A stretch of 64,000 bases of DNA from contig OZ025677.1 in assembly GCA_964019335.1 (NCBI GenBank), positions 372,001 to 436,000 on the forward strand, written 5' to 3'. Every line of letters begins with the position of its first letter. Within the stretch, counting starts at the first letter, position 1. This document shows positions 61,286 to 64,000 of the stretch, piece by piece. Source of the stretch: Diplonema japonicum. Lineage: Eukaryota > Protista > Euglenozoa: Diplonemea. The notes below the pieces were generated by a model. The model did no database searches, was not told where the DNA came from, and worked only from the letters and a program-made list of their open reading frames with translations. Made by a program: the position numbers and the translations under genes.

Positions 61286-64000
61286 CTACAGCCTGTCGAT
61301 GACGTGCAGCAGGAACTTTGTGCTGTTGACGACGTAGTGCGACGCTGCAGACTTGAAGTGGTTGGTGATGGTGTTCTGGAACTCAGAAGCGGACCAGGGG
61401 AGCATGGCCAGAAGGTCGAAAGGTTCACTAGATGGAGGCATCGGGGTGACAGATATTTTACCACAGGATACACCAATCGGGCCTGGTGTGAGCCCTGCTG
61501 ATATGAGGTACAGAACACCAGAAAGCACATCGCGAACCTGCTTTGCTGCAACGAGAGGCGGCAGTGGGTCGCTCGGCAGCGTGAATAAAGAGTTGTCAGA
61601 GGTGCTGAAGACAGGAAGCACATTAGGGTGCCGCAGCTGCTCAAGACTCTGAAGGTCTTCCTTTGCAAAGCCCTCCTCTGAAAACGGGATGACTTCGACG
61701 TCACCAGGGCTGATCCACACCTTGCCGTCCCTTCGTACCACGTTTCTGTCTGGTTTGTCATTGCTCTGCTTGCTCACAATACCCACACAGCACCCCTCTT
61801 GGAAGAATGTTACCGCAAACCTGTACGTGTTCCTCACAGTGAATTGCGAGCTCACCACAGTCCCGTTCACCAAAATGCTGATGCCGCCCTTCGCATCGAT
61901 CGCCACCGTCACGATGCAGCCTGCGTCAATCCGCGGACACTGCAAGCATGCAGCCTCACCGCCGTGCAGCAGCCTGGATCCCTCTGGCGTGATGAGCAGC
62001 CCAAGAGTTCCTTTCATCTCCACACACCCCAATGGGTGCGTCTGGTACCCAACAGGCGTGTCATCAGTGATGCCGAACGCCATGCTGCATCCTGGAGACA
62101 ACGCCTTCACAAGGAAGTTGCATGAAGCAGGCTCGCCGTCCTGTACATCGATGACCTCTTTCGTGAGCAGCGTGAAGGGTTCGTTCGACCTGGAGGTGGC
62201 CGTCTTGCAGTCGTCGGAAAGCTCCACCGTGTGCAGAGGGATAAAGTGCAGCCCTACTATTGGATCGTATGCTTTACGGGATATCTTGAGCGGCGAATCG
62301 TGACGTCGTGCGGGAGACTTACTTGAGGGCCGGTCGACAGGATGGGTGCCCCCGTCAAAAGCAGGCATCACATCCATCCAAACACTGCCACGGTACTGGT
62401 TGCTTCCGCCCTTGTCCCACCGCACTGTGTACACGCTCTCTGTGGCTTCGGTGATGACGCCTTCTTCACCTGCACCCCCGTCTTGTTCACCCCACTTCCA
62501 CGTTGGGCCACGAATAACTCTCATCCCTGGTTGCATACTAATCACAACACCGTTGCAGTACGGGCATAGCAGGTACTGATGTGCGGAGCAGCTCATGACT
62601 ACCGACCCCAATGGCAAGTCTACGCCGCACCCACCGCACACCGTGCTATCGTTCACCACGACAATTCTCTTCAAACAGCACCCTTTCCAGCACCTCCTTC
62701 GGTACTCAACTGGGATAACATACATTGCGTACAGAAGCTCCAGTCCATCCACACGCACAGTCACGCCACCCTCTGTCACGCTTGATATGACCCCCGCCTG
62801 CTCGGTGATCTTCAGACACTCTTCTTCATAGCACTCCATGGCTTCAATAAGAGGTACGCTGCTCTTGGGAAGTACTATTGAGATATCTTTGCACACGCTG
62901 GACACAAAGGACTGATTGGGCAATGGAAGGGGCACCTTAGGTACGAAAGCGGGGTCGCACACAATCTCCACTTTGTCGTTCTCGGAGAGCAGCGACACAC
63001 CGAACCTGAAAAGATCCTTGACAGTGAACTGAGAGTTGACAACACGCCCGTTTACACTTATGCAGAGCACTGTCGAGGGTAGCACAGCAAGCCCAATGAC
63101 ATCACCTTCTTGCAACTTGGGGCACGCTGGCAATTGCACAGAGTTCCGTGCGTGGTCGATGGAGCAGCCGTCAATAGTGCTCTTGAAGCCGAGGGTATCC
63201 CCAACATGTCCGAGATCTGCAGTCAAGAACCCTACGGGTGTCTCATCTGTGATTCCCATAACGATGCCACCAGATGCAGCGATATTGACAATCTTGATAT
63301 AGCACGCGACCCTATCCTCCGAAGCTTCCGAGACCTGGTCAGTGACTGCTGTCCCGCATGGCCTACCACCGGCAGTGAGAAGTTTCCCACAGCAAGACAC
63401 CTCTACAGTGGTATTGAGCTTCGAAAAGGTGAATCCTTGTTCCCCTGGTGGGTCTACAGGGAGGTCGTAGGTAGTGATGTCTTCTTGGGGTATGGGACAC
63501 CGTCGAAGGGTGGCTATCTGCTCGTTGTAAATGCAGCCCATGTGAGCGGGCCACACATCCGCGTAAGGGTACGTCCTGTACGTGCGTACGTTTTCATTGC
63601 CTTCCCATCTCACATGCACGTGACTGTCAGTACACTGCACCACCTTCCCTTTGTTGAAAGGGAGGATGTCCTCTTCCTGGTGTCTCCATGTTGGGCCGCG
63701 CACTACCTCGCACCCTACCTCGATTGCTTCGGGAGTACCATTGCAGTATTGACACAAGTCGAAGTTGTGGACAACGCACAAGTGCACCGTCGAGCCTACC
63801 GGAAGCTGTGTGTAGCATGCCCCACAGTAGTGCGTCTGGGATGTGACCTCTGATGTAGTTAATGGGCAATCCGCGTAGCAGTACCGCTTGACGCCTTGTG
63901 GGAACACGTTGTAGTCGAAGACGTAAGTCTGCAACCCGAAATTCAACTTGACCATGTCTTTGTAGCAGCCCGCGACGAGGGCTATCTTTCCAAGCACCCC
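61286..64000 (-). CDS. MIB/HERC2 + ZZ-like Zn finger + NHR/SPRY-like tandem-module protein with degenerate kinase tail; 5'-partial
   Basis: VVRGPTW and RVIRGPTWKWGEQDGG..VRWD..NQYR. Two copies of CxxC..C..H..LC..C. Two NHR-like domains with GITD.TPVG. C-terminal LRHPNVL. Frame is open to the window end. Confidence 0.85.
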   Translation of the reverse strand, partial: GVLGKIALVAGCYKDMVKLNFGLQTYVFDYNVFPQGVKRYCYADCPLTTSEVTSQTHYCGACYTQLPVGSTVHLCVVHNFDLCQYCNGTPEAIEVGCEVVRGPTWRHQEEDILPFNKGKVVQCTDSHVHVRWEGNENVRTYRTYPYADVWPAHMGCIYNEQIATLRRCPIPQEDITTYDLPVDPPGEQGFTFSKLNTTVEVSCCGKLLTAGGRPCGTAVTDQVSEASEDRVACYIKIVNIAASGGIVMGITDETPVGFLTADLGHVGDTLGFKSTIDGCSIDHARNSVQLPACPKLQEGDVIGLAVLPSTVLCISVNGRVVNSQFTVKDLFRFGVSLLSENDKVEIVCDPAFVPKVPLPLPNQSFVSSVCKDISIVLPKSSVPLIEAMECYEEECLKITEQAGVISSVTEGGVTVRVDGLELLYAMYVIPVEYRRRCWKGCCLKRIVVVNDSTVCGGCGVDLPLGSVVMSCSAHQYLLCPYCNGVVISMQPGMRVIRGPTWKWGEQDGGAGEEGVITEATESVYTVRWDKGGSNQYRGSVWMDVMPAFDGGTHPVDRPSSKSPARRHDSPLKISRKAYDPIVGLHFIPLHTVELSDDCKTATSRSNEPFTLLTKEVIDVQDGEPASCNFLVKALSPGCSMAFGITDDTPVGYQTHPLGCVEMKGTLGLLITPEGSRLLHGGEAACLQCPRIDAGCIVTVAIDAKGGISILVNGTVVSSQFTVRNTYRFAVTFFQEGCCVGIVSKQSNDKPDRNVVRRDGKVWISPGDVEVIPFSEEGFAKEDLQSLEQLRHPNVLPVFSTSDNSLFTLPSDPLPPLVAAKQVRDVLSGVLYLISAGLTPGPIGVSCGKISVTPMPPSSEPFDLLAMLPWSASEFQNTITNHFKSAASHYVVNSTKFLLHVIDRL

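Noticed and set aside
1-64000. CRISPR arrays, tRNAs, spliced-leader RNA gene, telomeric repeats
   Set aside because: None recognised by eye; a tRNAscan-SE or Infernal run would be needed to exclude divergent ncRNAs.

Overview
Eukaryotic nuclear DNA, most likely a diplonemid or related euglenozoan (inference). About 19 host protein-coding genes all lie on the minus strand, often only 70-220 nt apart. Several start codons have an AG shortly upstream, as expected for trans-splicing, and there are tiny (32-68 nt) GT-AG cis-introns. An 18S rRNA fragment has euglenozoan-like substitutions. Genes, in coordinate order: LVIVD-repeat secreted protein (partial), PH-like/PDZ protein, receptor adenylate cyclase, 4-domain SGNH/TBL-like protein, giant UBC-LVIVD-WWE-C2-F-box-SPRY protein, cytochrome P450, PTS1-bearing ACAD10/11-like dehydrogenase, ABCA transporter fused to a sterol-glucosyltransferase and a DysF domain, dually acylated Zn-finger protein, single-domain SGNH/TBL protein, MAP kinase with an inserted PDZ-like domain, secreted MRH lectin, UBL-ankyrin protein, CCDC61, large polytopic membrane protein, GCN5-like GNAT, folate-receptor-like GPI protein, membrane RING-H2 E3 and a MIB/HERC2-NHR protein (partial). 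Intergenic DNA is rich in homopolymers and transposon debris: a 5'-truncated non-LTR retrotransposon plus relics, two near-identical non-autonomous piggyBac copies in inverted orientation plus a 267-bp derivative, and several MITE/foldback families, one carrying the 5' end of 18S rRNA. The most striking items are the ABCA-glycosyltransferase-DysF fusion with one degenerate ATPase site, its lipid-modifying neighbours (a possible glycolipid synthesis/export locus), and repeated nested domain insertions in signalling and ubiquitin proteins. All domain calls come from reading motifs by eye; no database searches were run.
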